Source of the DNA: a virus
Lineage: Duplodnaviria; Caudoviricetes
Strand: one strand, 5' to 3'
Virus record (IMG/VR): IMGVR_UViG_3300046373_000246
Span: 1-54,107 of that record
DNA: 54,107 bases
In this document: positions 26,234 through 36,060 of the stretch, piece by piece
Numbering within the stretch: position 1 is the first letter of the stretch
Layout: each line of letters opens with the position of its first letter
Notes under the pieces: generated by a model
The model's database searches: none
Told to the model about the DNA's origin: nothing
What the model saw: only the letters and a program-made list of their open reading frames with translations
Program-made: the position numbers and the translations under genes

Positions 26234-26464
26234 ATGGATAACCAGCACAAGAAGATCACCGGCTACCGCGATCTGACTCAGTCCGAAGTCGACGGCATGA
26301 ACTCGATCAAGGCCCTTGAGGCTGACGCCGGCGAGTTGTTCAAACAGATCAGCCAGATCGAAGGCGTTGATCCGCGTCTGCTGGCGTTGGCCAAGACCAA
26401 TCTCCAGCAGGGCTTCATGTGGTTCGTTCGCTCGATCGCCAAACCAGCCGACCCATTCAGCTGA
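26234..26464 (+). CDS. acb2: Anti-CBASS cyclic-nucleotide sponge, Acb2 homologue
   Basis: MDNQHKKITGYRDLTQSEVDGMNSIK...RLLALAKTNLQQGFMWFVRSIAKP matches Acb2 as recalled; Y11 and K26 in register. Confidence 0.85.
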   Translation: MDNQHKKITGYRDLTQSEVDGMNSIKALEADAGELFKQISQIEGVDPRLLALAKTNLQQGFMWFVRSIAKPADPFS

Positions 26465-26655
26465 TGGGCGACGTAACTCGCCTGCGCCACGCGTTACCGC
26501 TGAGCCAGGACATCAACAAGGCGCTGACCGAGCTGGATAGCGCGATCGCCAAGGCCGTCGATGCGGCCAAGGCTGCCGGCCTGCCTCAAGGCCTGATCGT
26601 CGCCGAGCTGCACGGGCACGCCCACGCACAGACCCACAACATGGTGAAGGCATGA
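26464..26655 (+). CDS. Hypothetical phage protein
   Basis: MGDVTRLRHALP...; TGATG overlap with acb2. Confidence 0.65.
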   Translation: MGDVTRLRHALPLSQDINKALTELDSAIAKAVDAAKAAGLPQGLIVAELHGHAHAQTHNMVKA

Positions 26656-26906
26656 CTGCAAAGCTCGTTGAGTTCAAGCGGGAGGGTTGGCGCGACGCCG
26701 CCAAGACCCTGCGCAAGATCGCAGATGATCTCGATGCCGGTGTGCATCCGGAATGCACGGTGGGCGCGTTGACCCTCATGGGGCCGAAAGGCGAGGTGAC
26801 GGTGTTTGGCTTGGGCCCCAAGTGCGACGACCTGCAATGTCTGGGGGCCATGCGCTTGGGTGAGCAGAAGCTGATTGACGTGCTGCTGGATAGCGGGGAA
26901 GGGTAG
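26652..26906 (+). CDS. Hypothetical phage protein
   Basis: ATGA-coupled, 84 aa. Confidence 0.65.
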   Translation: MTAKLVEFKREGWRDAAKTLRKIADDLDAGVHPECTVGALTLMGPKGEVTVFGLGPKCDDLQCLGAMRLGEQKLIDVLLDSGEG

Positions 26907-26937
26907 GTGTGCCGCAAGTGAGTGCGGCACGTATGGA

Positions 26938-27267
26938 TCAATTGCGGTACGTTTCGACTCCTTCCGGCATTGCATAGAACCAGAGCCATTCACCATCCTG
27001 AACAGGGCGAGAAGGGTTTATCTTCACTATAAGGACCATATCGGTGCCTCTATTTCCAGTCAGCGAAATGGTGTGAGCAGAGTGCCATCCAGTGAATGGT
27101 TCGGTTTTCAGGCCGAGACGGCCGGCTCGCTGGGTTATTCCACCCGTTCCGCCTACGCCGGAATATGGCGAAACTTCACCAGTGTGAAACACTATCGGTA
27201 TTGAAGATAGATGAATGTGATCGGCAGATCCCAGGTTAACGTCGATGTCTGCTAATTCGTAATTCAT
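26938..27267 (-). CDS. Moron: hypothetical protein on the antisense strand
   Basis: GGGGAG SD, AT-richer, opposite to the late operon. Confidence 0.6.
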   Translation of the reverse strand: MNYELADIDVNLGSADHIHLSSIPIVFHTGEVSPYSGVGGTGGITQRAGRLGLKTEPFTGWHSAHTISLTGNRGTDMVLIVKINPSRPVQDGEWLWFYAMPEGVETYRN

Positions 27268-27342
27268 GAGCTGACTCCCCTGCTTTTAGTTGATCTTTAC
27301 CATTACCGGCAACGCGCCACTATTTCAAGTTCAAGGTGACCC

Positions 27343-27966
27343 ATGGATAGGCCATACCCTCCAGGGTCATTGCTTGAGCTGTCTGAGCTGTCTGATTTCG
27401 GCATCCGCCTGATCCCAGCGCCTGAAGTTTGGGAATGGCTCCAAGCCGAGATCCTTGCCGACACCGGCAGCATCCGCAACCCAGACCATGCCCATCTGAT
27501 CGATGCGGACATTCATGTGATGTGGGCATCTGCTGCCTTCACGAAGAAGGGCCGGACGGTTGTAGGGCAGGCCGAACAGGTCGCGTTCCGTGCGGGCGGT
27601 TGGCAGAAGGCGCGGATGGAACAGCAGATGCTGGATTGGTTCGGCGATGTTCCGGCCTACATCATCACCCTGGCTGCGGATTACTGCGCCCAGTGCTCTG
27701 ACGCCGAATTCTGCGCACTGGTGGAGCATGAGCTGTATCACATAGCCCAAGCGACCGATAAGTACGGTCAGCCAGCTTTCACCCAAGACGGTTTACCCAA
27801 GCTTGAGATGCGCGGCCACGACGTTGAAGAGTTCGTCGGCGTGGTGCGTCGCTATGGGGCGAGCCCTCAAGTGCAAGAGCTGGTGGATGCTGCAAACAAT
27901 CCTGCCGAGGTGGGGAAAATGAACATATCGAGGGCCTGCGGAACCTGTCTGCTCAAGTCGGCCTGA
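27343..27966 (+). CDS. Putative phage metallopeptidase-domain protein
   Basis: LVEHELYH (HExxH) and HDVEEF; precedes terS. Confidence 0.75.
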   Translation: MDRPYPPGSLLELSELSDFGIRLIPAPEVWEWLQAEILADTGSIRNPDHAHLIDADIHVMWASAAFTKKGRTVVGQAEQVAFRAGGWQKARMEQQMLDWFGDVPAYIITLAADYCAQCSDAEFCALVEHELYHIAQATDKYGQPAFTQDGLPKLEMRGHDVEEFVGVVRRYGASPQVQELVDAANNPAEVGKMNISRACGTCLLKSA

Positions 27967-27997
27967 TTCCTGACAGGTCCTGACGGATGAAATTCAC

Positions 27998-28459
27998 ATG
28001 GCAGCATTACGAAGCGAGGTCAAAGCCTTCATTGTTCAGGCTCTGGCCTGCTTCGATACACCCTCTCAGGTGGTGGAGGCCGTCAAGAAAGAATTCGGAA
28101 TAGATGTCAGTCGCCAGACCTGCGAGGGGCATGACCCAACGAAGTATGCAGGACGGGGTCTGGCGCCGCGCTGGGCGGACATGTTCCATGCCTGCCGAGA
28201 GCGATTCACTGCCGAGACTGCAGACATTCCGATCGCCCATAGAGCCTATCGGCTTCGCGCATTGGGCAGGATGGCTGAGAAGGCCGAGAGCATGAAGAAC
28301 ATGGCCCTCACTGCCCAGCTACTAGAGCAGGCGGCCAAAGAGGTTGGCGACATCTACGTCAACCGACAGACCAAGAACGAGAACCCCCACGACAACGTGC
28401 CGCCCACTCGAGTGCAGGTCGACGTGGTGGACGCGAGGAAGCCTGATGCCGACGCTTAA
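27998..28459 (+). CDS. terS: Terminase small subunit (DUF2280-like)
   Basis: KAFIVQALACFDTPSQV...IPIAHRAYRL...LEQAAKE; position. Confidence 0.8.
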   Translation: MAALRSEVKAFIVQALACFDTPSQVVEAVKKEFGIDVSRQTCEGHDPTKYAGRGLAPRWADMFHACRERFTAETADIPIAHRAYRLRALGRMAEKAESMKNMALTAQLLEQAAKEVGDIYVNRQTKNENPHDNVPPTRVQVDVVDARKPDADA

Positions 28460-29747
28460 CGTCCCGCAGGCGCGCTTCCTCCAGATGGAGAACAAGTTTC
28501 GCGGCTTTGTTGCCGGTTTCGGTTCGGGTAAGACGTGGGTAGGCTGCGCCGGTATCTGCAAGCATGTTTGGGAGTGGCCGAGGATCAACTCGGGATACTT
28601 CGCGCCGACCTACCCGCAGATCCGCGACATCTTCTTTCCGACGATTGAAGAGGTGGCTTTCGACTGGGGCCTGAAGGTCAAGACGAAGGAGAGCGACAAG
28701 GAGGTCGAGTTCTACAGCGGCGGCCAGTATCGCAGCACGACCATCTGCCGTTCGATGGAGAAGCCGCAGACGATTGTCGGTTTCAAGATTGGCCATGCGC
28801 TGGTGGATGAGTTGGACGTCCTGCCCGCGCTGAAGGCTGAGCATGCCTGGCGCAAGATCATTGCCCGGATGCGTTACAACGAGCCGGGGCTCAAGAACGG
28901 CGTGGACGTGACAACGACGCCGGAAGGCTTCAAGTTCGTCTACCAGCAGTTCGTGAAGCAGTTGCGCGAGAAACCCTCGTTGCAAGGTATGTATGGCTTA
29001 GTACAAGCCAGCACGTTCGACAACGAGTTGAACCTGCCCCCCGATTACATCCCATCCTTGATGGAGTCGTACCCGCCGCAGCTGATCCTCGCCTACCTCA
29101 ACGGGCAGTTCGTCAACCTGAATGCGGGTTCGATCTACCACGCGTACGACCGGAAGCTGAATGGCTGCTTCGATGCGGTGGAGCCCGGCGAACCGCTGTA
29201 CATAGGTATGGACTTCAACGTCGGCAAGATGGCGGCGATCACGCACGTCAAGCGCGCAGACGGCAAGCCTCGAGCGGTCGACGAACTGATCGATGGCTTC
29301 GATACCCCAGACATGATTCGCCGCATCAAGGAACGTTACTGGCGCTTCAATGGGAAGGACTACGAAAAGACCTGCGAGATTCGGATCTATCCGGATGCCT
29401 CGGGTGGCTCCCGCAAGTCGGTCAATGCCAGCGAGACGGACATAGCCATCCTGCGCCAAGCTGGATTCAGCGTCATCGCGCCGGATGCGAACCCGCCGGT
29501 GAAAGACCGCATCAACGCCATGAACGCGATGTTCTGCAACGCCAATGGCGAGCGGCGCTACCTGGTCAACCCGCTTCGCTGCCCGACTTATGCCGATGGC
29601 CTGGAACAGCAGGTGTGGGCTCCGAATGGCGAGCCAGACAAGAAATCCGGCGTCGACCACGCGAACGACGCAGGCGGCTACTTCATACACCACGACTACC
29701 CGATTGTCCGGCCCGCCACACACATTCCTGTCACATTTAGCTTCTGA
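28446..29747 (+). CDS. terL: Terminase large subunit
   Basis: Walker A AGFGSGKT, Walker B LVDE, TTTPEG, nuclease GMDFN and DHANDA. Confidence 0.93.
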   Translation: MPTLNVPQARFLQMENKFRGFVAGFGSGKTWVGCAGICKHVWEWPRINSGYFAPTYPQIRDIFFPTIEEVAFDWGLKVKTKESDKEVEFYSGGQYRSTTICRSMEKPQTIVGFKIGHALVDELDVLPALKAEHAWRKIIARMRYNEPGLKNGVDVTTTPEGFKFVYQQFVKQLREKPSLQGMYGLVQASTFDNELNLPPDYIPSLMESYPPQLILAYLNGQFVNLNAGSIYHAYDRKLNGCFDAVEPGEPLYIGMDFNVGKMAAITHVKRADGKPRAVDELIDGFDTPDMIRRIKERYWRFNGKDYEKTCEIRIYPDASGGSRKSVNASETDIAILRQAGFSVIAPDANPPVKDRINAMNAMFCNANGERRYLVNPLRCPTYADGLEQQVWAPNGEPDKKSGVDHANDAGGYFIHHDYPIVRPATHIPVTFSF

Positions 29748-29755
29748 GGCCATCC

Positions 29756-31171
29756 ATGGCGAATTTCAGCATTCCCCGGGCAGAGTACGCACAAGCCCTG
29801 CCTGGCTGGCAGTTGGTGAAACGCTGCGTCGCCGGTGCGCGAGAGGTGCGCAAGCACGACGAATATCTGCCGATGCCAGACCCGGAAAACAAATCACCGG
29901 AGAACCTGGCTCGCTACAAGCAATACAAGAAGCGGGCGATGTTCCTCAACATCACCGGCCGAACCCGCACCGGTCTGATGGGGGCGGTCTTCCGCAAGAC
30001 TGCCGAGCTCTCGCTGCCGACTGCGGTTGAGTATTTGAAGGAGAACGCCAGCGGCGACGGTACCAGCCTTGAGCAGCTATCGAAGGAGTCGGTTGGCGAG
30101 TGCCTGGACAGCGGCCGAGGTGGCTTTCTGGTCGACTTCCCGACCGTAGCCACTGAAAGCGGTGTCAGCTCTATGGCTGATCTCGCCACCAAGCGCGCCT
30201 TGATCCACCACTACGGCGCCCTGTCGATCATCGACTGGGACGAGCAGGTGATCGATGGCGTGAAGCGTCTGGTGTACGTGAACCTCCGGGAATGCATGTC
30301 TGAGTTCAACGCTACCGATCTGTCCCGCGAGACGTACACGCAGAACCGGGTCCTGCTGCTGGTTGATGGGCGATACATTCAGCGCGTCTACAAGGAGGGC
30401 GAAGAAAGCGTCGAGGAGACGCAGCCTTCCGACAAGGCCGGTCAGCCCTTCGATCACATCCCGTTCAGCTTCTACGGCGCCCAGAACAACGACGCCAGTA
30501 TCGATAAGTCGCCGCTGGAAGACCTGGCAGACGTCAACATCCTGCACTACGGCAACAGCGCCACAGTGGAGGAGAGCGGTTTTATCAGCAGCCAGCCGAC
30601 GTTGTTCATCACCACCAGCATCGAAGCCGACGAGTTCGCAAAACTGAACCCGAACGGTATGCACATCGGATCGCGGCGCGGACATAATCTCGGAAAGTCC
30701 GGATCCGCAGTCATGCTGCAGGCAACCGAGACCCAGCTTGCCCGAACCCTGATGAAGGACAAGGAAGAGCAGATGCTGATGATCGGCGCCCGTGTCGTCC
30801 AGAAGGGCAGCGGCGCAGAGACGGCTGAGGCTGTTCGAATTCGGTACAGCTCGGACAACAGCGTGCTGGGCACTATCGCCGGCAACGTATCCGAGGCGCT
30901 GAAGCGAGCCATCCTCGACGCTGAGCGCTTCATGATGGATGCGCCGGACGAGAAGGGCACGGTGTTCTGGCTCAACCAGTCGTTCTTCGACGAGACGATG
31001 ACCGCGCAAGACATCCTCGCCCAGGTGCAGCTCTGGCAGCAGGGCTTCATTGCGAAGTCGGATGTCCGGGTGAATCTGCGTCAGGGCGGTGTGCTTGAAG
31101 CGGATCGCACCGACGAGAAGATCGACGAAGAGCTGGCCAGCGCGCCACCGGTAGGCGGTAACGATGAGTAA
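29756..31171 (+). CDS. Portal protein (DUF4055-like)
   Basis: 471 aa after terL; YLP...YKKRAMF. Confidence 0.85.
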   Translation: MANFSIPRAEYAQALPGWQLVKRCVAGAREVRKHDEYLPMPDPENKSPENLARYKQYKKRAMFLNITGRTRTGLMGAVFRKTAELSLPTAVEYLKENASGDGTSLEQLSKESVGECLDSGRGGFLVDFPTVATESGVSSMADLATKRALIHHYGALSIIDWDEQVIDGVKRLVYVNLRECMSEFNATDLSRETYTQNRVLLLVDGRYIQRVYKEGEESVEETQPSDKAGQPFDHIPFSFYGAQNNDASIDKSPLEDLADVNILHYGNSATVEESGFISSQPTLFITTSIEADEFAKLNPNGMHIGSRRGHNLGKSGSAVMLQATETQLARTLMKDKEEQMLMIGARVVQKGSGAETAEAVRIRYSSDNSVLGTIAGNVSEALKRAILDAERFMMDAPDEKGTVFWLNQSFFDETMTAQDILAQVQLWQQGFIAKSDVRVNLRQGGVLEADRTDEKIDEELASAPPVGGNDE

Positions 31172-32207
31172 TGAAGGCTTTCTTGAGGACGCCGCCACGC
31201 GGCACCAGATTTACGTCCAGCGATATGCTGGCGGAAACCTGAAACGTGTCGCGTCGTTCATCAGCAAGGCCATCAAGACGGCAAAGCAGCGCGTATCGGA
31301 CGGCCTGAGCGCTTACGGCACGCGTCGGTACAACTCGCAGATAGAAACGCTCCAGGGCGACTTGCGGGGCATCTACGACGACCTCAAAGGGCGCGCTCAG
31401 CTGGATCTCGGCGAGTTCGCCACCTACGAGGCGCAGTTCAACGCGACGATGCTGGGCAAAGTGGTCCGCGCGGTGGTTCAGCTCAATGTGCCATCGGCCG
31501 AGATGATCTCCGCCGCGGCCTTGGCCGATCCGCTGCAGCTCGAAGCACGCAAGGGCATCCAGCGCATCAGCATCAGCGGCGCGCTCGATCAGTTCGGCAC
31601 GAAGAAGGCCGCCGAAATCATCGGCGAGATTCAAATCGGTTCGAGCTTGGGCGAGACCAGCCAGCAGATCAGCCGGCGCCTGACCAGCATTCACCAGTTG
31701 CAGCAGGATCAGGCCGGCGCACTGGTCCGCACCATGACCAACCACATCGCCAGCACGGCTCGAGTGGAGACGCTGAAGGCGAACGACGACATCCTCGCAG
31801 GAATGCGCAGGGTGGCGACCTTGGACTCGAAGACCACGCTGTTCTGCATGAGCGTCGACCAGACGGTGATCCCGCTGGATGGACCGAAGCCGCCGTATCA
31901 CTGGGGCTGCCGCACCACGCTGATTCCGGTGCTGAAGGACGAGTTTGCACGCGAGATCAAAGGCTCGACGCGGCCCTCAATCGGCCCGGATGGCGTGACA
32001 CTGGTGTCGAGCAAGACCAGTTATCAGGAATGGCTCTCGCGCCAGCCTGCTGCCTTCCAGCGCGACATCCTCGGGCCGAACCGGTATGCGCTGTTCAGCA
32101 AAGGTAAGCTAACCCTCGAAAGGTTCATCGACGATAACGGCAAGACGCTGACCCTCCAGCAACTGAAGGATCTGGAGCCGCTGGCGTTCGTGCGTGCCGG
32201 ACTTTAA
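31164..32207 (+). CDS. Minor head protein (SPP1 gp7 / Mu gpF family)
   Basis: VATLDSKTTLFC...PPYHWGCRTT. Confidence 0.85.
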   Translation: MSNEGFLEDAATRHQIYVQRYAGGNLKRVASFISKAIKTAKQRVSDGLSAYGTRRYNSQIETLQGDLRGIYDDLKGRAQLDLGEFATYEAQFNATMLGKVVRAVVQLNVPSAEMISAAALADPLQLEARKGIQRISISGALDQFGTKKAAEIIGEIQIGSSLGETSQQISRRLTSIHQLQQDQAGALVRTMTNHIASTARVETLKANDDILAGMRRVATLDSKTTLFCMSVDQTVIPLDGPKPPYHWGCRTTLIPVLKDEFAREIKGSTRPSIGPDGVTLVSSKTSYQEWLSRQPAAFQRDILGPNRYALFSKGKLTLERFIDDNGKTLTLQQLKDLEPLAFVRAGL

Positions 32208-32244
32208 AGTGGTGAATTGCCATCACTTTGGACTCTTGGTTCGC

Positions 32245-32826
32245 ATGAAATGGATGTTAGGAATAGGTGCGCCGTTCGCGTGCGTGGTTTGTGGATTACT
32301 AGGGCTGATCGCCGGAATTAATATGAACCCGACGTCAACCGTGAAATTTGTACCCGACATGGGAAGTCTTGCTGACTGGATATCCGGTATTGGCTCGGTT
32401 TCGGCTGCTGGTGTTGCTCTTTACTTGGCCGACCGTCAACGAAGAGAAAACACCGCCAAGGTTGAAATCAGTCAGTACTTCACCAGCGACAACTTTACGA
32501 TCGATCTCGTATCCACGGGTGAAAAGCCTGCGGTGATAAAAGGCCTTTTTATTCGATCCCCGCATGCTAAAAAACAAATGCTGCTTAATCGCTCACCGTT
32601 ATCTGGGTACGACAAAATAATTGGTCGTTACGAGTACGGCGAAACCAAGAGACTATTGATCGACGCGTCATTTTTCCCATCTATTGCTTTCGAAGTTGAG
32701 CATGAACTCGGTAGCAAAAATTTTGACGGATTGCTGCTGGTGGTGGGTACCGCTACGGCAGAGTTTAGAGTTGAGTTGAACGCCGACTTCTTACATGCAC
32801 TTCGCAAAGAGGCCGCCGAAGATTAA
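32245..32826 (+). CDS. Moron: membrane-anchored hypothetical protein (start uncertain)
   Basis: AT-rich insertion in the head module, two N-terminal hydrophobic segments, own terminator. Confidence 0.7.
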   Translation: MKWMLGIGAPFACVVCGLLGLIAGINMNPTSTVKFVPDMGSLADWISGIGSVSAAGVALYLADRQRRENTAKVEISQYFTSDNFTIDLVSTGEKPAVIKGLFIRSPHAKKQMLLNRSPLSGYDKIIGRYEYGETKRLLIDASFFPSIAFEVEHELGSKNFDGLLLVVGTATAEFRVELNADFLHALRKEAAED

Positions 32827-32870
32827 GTCCAAGCAACAGACCTGAAGCTCTCATCGCTTTTTATTCACAC

Positions 32871-32899
32871 AAGCCTCGTCCATGACGGGGCTTTTTTTT
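32871..32899 (+). terminator. Intrinsic terminator
   Basis: AAGCCTCGTC-CAT-GACGGGGCTTTTTTTT. Confidence 0.8.
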
Positions 32900-32940
32900 G
32901 CCCGCAGGCAGGGCCTGCACTACGTCTCTGGGAGACAGCA

Positions 32941-33651
32941 ATGACCTTGAAATTCCAACTGGACAGCCTCGAAGGCGTCGACGAATCCATCCAAGCCCTG
33001 TACGTCGAGAAGGACGGCAAGTTCGTCCTCGGCATTGAAGGGCTGCCACAGCCGGAAGATGTTTCCGGACTGAAATCGAAGGTCCAAGAGCTTCTAGACG
33101 AGAAGAAGGCAGAGGCCGAGAAGCGCAAAGCTGCCGAGGACCAGGCTCGACTGGACCGCGAAGAGGCGCTGCGCAAGTCCGGCAACGTCGAAGAGCTCGA
33201 AAAGTCCTGGTCCGAAAAGTACGCACGCCGCGAAGCTGAGCTGACCGGCCAACTCGAAAGCACCAACAGCACCCTTCAAGGCCAGATCCGGGATCTGACC
33301 GTGGGCCGCACAGCTACCGAGATCGCGACCACTCTGGCCATTCCTGGCAGCGCCAAGGCATTGCTTCCCCACATCGAACGCCGGCTCAGCGTCGAACAGC
33401 GCGACGGGAAACCAACCGTTGTCGTGCTGGACGCGGCCGGCAAGCTCTCGGCGGCAACGCTGGACGAGCTGAAAGCGGAATTCACCAACGATCCGGCCTT
33501 CGGTCCGCTGATCGCTGGCAGCAAGGCATCGGGCGGCGGGGCCGGCGGTGCTGGGAAAGGCGGCGGGGCCGCAAAAGGAAACATCGGCGGCACCAAAGAG
33601 GAACGACAGGCCGCAATCGCGAGCCGGTTCCCAGACCTCCCTCAGAAATAA
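32941..33651 (+). CDS. Capsid scaffolding protein
   Basis: Coiled coil with Gly-rich C-terminus, precedes the capsid gene. Confidence 0.8.
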   Translation: MTLKFQLDSLEGVDESIQALYVEKDGKFVLGIEGLPQPEDVSGLKSKVQELLDEKKAEAEKRKAAEDQARLDREEALRKSGNVEELEKSWSEKYARREAELTGQLESTNSTLQGQIRDLTVGRTATEIATTLAIPGSAKALLPHIERRLSVEQRDGKPTVVVLDAAGKLSAATLDELKAEFTNDPAFGPLIAGSKASGGGAGGAGKGGGAAKGNIGGTKEERQAAIASRFPDLPQK

Positions 33652-33663
33652 GGAAAATCACTC

Positions 33664-34632
33664 ATGTCCCTGTCGCAAATGCAGGTCTTCAACGAATACG
33701 TAATGCCGGCGACCATCGAGACGCTGGATCAGATGCTGGTAGCGTTCAACGCTGCCAGCCGTGGCGCCATCCTGCTTTCGCCTGACGGCTTCACCGGCGA
33801 CTTCCTTCAGGAGTCGTTCTTCCAGACCCTGGCTGCCGCCCAGCGTCGCGTCGATCGCTACGCGGCCAACGGCGCCGCACCGATCACTGACCTGACCGAG
33901 CTGAAAAACTCCTCGGTGAAAGTGGCTGGCGGCTTTGGCCCGATCCGCTACGAGCCATCGCAGATGACCTGGCTGGAGCGTCCAACCGCGCAGGGCATCG
34001 AAGTCGCATCGCGCGCGTTCGCTGAGATCCTGCTGAAGGATCAGTTGAACACCGCTATCGCTGCTCTGGTGGCCGCTATCACTGCTCAGGCCGCGGCCGT
34101 CAACGACGTATCTGCAACCGCCGGCATCAGCCAGGCCGCGTTGAACAACGCTCACGCGAAGTTCGGCGATGCGAGTCAGTCGCTGGTCACTCAGATCATG
34201 CAGGGCACCACCTACCATAAGCTGGTTGGCCAGGCGCTTACCAACAGCGAGCAGTTGTTCCAAGCGGGCAATGTTCGCGTAGTGGACATCCTCGGCAAGA
34301 TCTCGGTTGTCACCGACGCACCGGCGCTCATGCAGACCGGTACGCCGAACAAAGAAATCGTCCTGTCGCTGGTGCAAGGCGCGGCGATGGTGCACGACGG
34401 CCGCGACATCATCAGCAACGTCCAGACCACCAACGGCAAGGAGCGCATCGAAACTACGCTCCAAACCGATTACACCTTTGGCCTGGGCCTCAAGGGTTAC
34501 ACCTGGGACACCACCGCCGGCGGCAAGTCTCCGACCGACGCCGAACTGGCGACCGGCACCAACTGGGACAAGACCGCCACCAGCATCAAGCACACCGCCG
34601 GTGTTGCTCTGATCGGTGACGCCTCCAAGTAA
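33664..34632 (+). CDS. Major capsid protein
   Basis: 322 aa; LGLKGYTWD...SPTDAELATGTNWDK...KHTAGV. Confidence 0.88.
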   Translation: MSLSQMQVFNEYVMPATIETLDQMLVAFNAASRGAILLSPDGFTGDFLQESFFQTLAAAQRRVDRYAANGAAPITDLTELKNSSVKVAGGFGPIRYEPSQMTWLERPTAQGIEVASRAFAEILLKDQLNTAIAALVAAITAQAAAVNDVSATAGISQAALNNAHAKFGDASQSLVTQIMQGTTYHKLVGQALTNSEQLFQAGNVRVVDILGKISVVTDAPALMQTGTPNKEIVLSLVQGAAMVHDGRDIISNVQTTNGKERIETTLQTDYTFGLGLKGYTWDTTAGGKSPTDAELATGTNWDKTATSIKHTAGVALIGDASK

Positions 34633-34676
34633 CCCCTGACTGTTGAGCCGGGCTTTGTGCCCGGCTCCGCGAGGAC

Positions 34677-35267
34677 ATGATCATGAGCAACAAAATCTGG
34701 TATCTGCCCGGTCCGTTCCACCAGTACCGGGAAAACGTAAAGGCGCTGGCCAAGGAGCGCGGCTTGCGCATCGTCGACGCGAACGTCACCGAAGACCGCG
34801 AGGGTGAAGCCTTCGATGTGCCTGAAGTGACACTGCGACAGGCTGCTCCCGCGACGGTTCTGGTGATCGATGGCCAAAGCGGTGTTGAAGGCGCAGCGCT
34901 TCAGGAGCTGATCGGCAAGTTGAATGCAGAGCGCGACGGCATCGTGCTGCTGATCGAAGCGGCCGAGGGTCTCGCTCCACTGGAACATCCTGGCGCCGGC
35001 GAACTGCCGATTCGCCTGTTCGATGCATTGACCTCTATTCACGAAGGCATCGCCTCACTGAAGAGTAAGCGCGATGAGCTGCTGGGTGAAGTTGATTCGC
35101 TCCGCGCAGAAGTCGCGCGGCTGACTCCTGGACCGCAGAACAACGGCTCAGCTCTCGATGATCTGACCGTCGTGCAGATCAAGGAACAGCTCGACGCCAA
35201 GGGCGTGACCTACAAGGTCAACGACTCGAAGCCTGAGCTGCTCGCTCTGCTGAAGGCCAACCAGTAG
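34677..35267 (+). CDS. Hypothetical virion-module protein with C-terminal HeH/LEM-like motif
   Basis: LTVVQIKEQLDAKGVTYKVNDSKPELLALL. Confidence 0.65.
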   Translation: MIMSNKIWYLPGPFHQYRENVKALAKERGLRIVDANVTEDREGEAFDVPEVTLRQAAPATVLVIDGQSGVEGAALQELIGKLNAERDGIVLLIEAAEGLAPLEHPGAGELPIRLFDALTSIHEGIASLKSKRDELLGEVDSLRAEVARLTPGPQNNGSALDDLTVVQIKEQLDAKGVTYKVNDSKPELLALLKANQ

Positions 35268-35307
35268 CACCCGGGGTTTCGGCCCCACTCATTCAAGCGG
35301 AGGCCTG

Positions 35308-35697
35308 ATGGCTACCTACATCACCGTGGCGGACGTGGACGCCGAGCTCGGGCCTTCATGGGCGCCAGACGACAAGAAGGCCCGCGCCGTGCTGCAGGCG
35401 AACGCCTATCTGACCTCACTCAACCTGGTCGGCATCGACATGGACGCCATTCCCGACGAGGTGAAACAGGCCGGCGCCGAGCTGGCGGTTGTCGCTTCTG
35501 AGGGCAAGCTGTACCAGCAGCAGACCGAGGGATCGCTGGAGGCCAAGACTGTGAAGGCCGGATCGGCGACCACCAGCAAGACGTTCGCCTCGATCGACAC
35601 CAGCAAATCCACGGCGCTGCCCGATGGGGTCCAGTTCGCGCTGGGGCTGCTCGCGCCATGGCGTGCCAGCGGCTTCAGCTTCAACGTGTACAGGTGA
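35308..35697 (+). CDS. Head-tail adaptor
   Basis: YITVADVD...IPDEVKQAGAELA; position. Confidence 0.7.
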   Translation: MATYITVADVDAELGPSWAPDDKKARAVLQANAYLTSLNLVGIDMDAIPDEVKQAGAELAVVASEGKLYQQQTEGSLEAKTVKAGSATTSKTFASIDTSKSTALPDGVQFALGLLAPWRASGFSFNVYR

Positions 35698-35700
35698 CCT

Positions 35701-36060
35701 ATGGGCCTACGTGAGGAGATCCAGGCGGATCTGGCTGAGGCCTTCGACACTGATTTGGCAGATGCAGTGAAGCCATTCAGCGGCGGCGTGACGCTGCCGG
35801 GAACCTGGGATCCGGTCAATGAGGTGGCGGGCAACCCTGTTGTTATCGCCTACACCGGTCGAGGCGTGTTCGACGCGTTCAAGATTGCCCAGGTCGACGG
35901 CGTGAATATCCGCGCCACGGACCAACTGCTGATCGCGCTGACCAACGAAACAGTCGGCGGAGTACCGGACATCGGCCACAAGATCAACGATTTCGACGTG
36001 GTCAACGTCCAGACCGACCCGGCTGGCGCCCATTACGAGATCCAGCTGAGGAAAGTCTGA
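35701..36060 (+). CDS. Head closure protein
   Basis: Position; YEIQLRK end. Confidence 0.65.
   Translation: MGLREEIQADLAEAFDTDLADAVKPFSGGVTLPGTWDPVNEVAGNPVVIAYTGRGVFDAFKIAQVDGVNIRATDQLLIALTNETVGGVPDIGHKINDFDVVNVQTDPAGAHYEIQLRKV

Noticed and set aside
30077-34593. Long antisense ORFs (for example 30077-31198, 31047-31901, 33658-34593)
   Set aside because: Shadow frames of high-GC3 structural genes; no recognisable motifs
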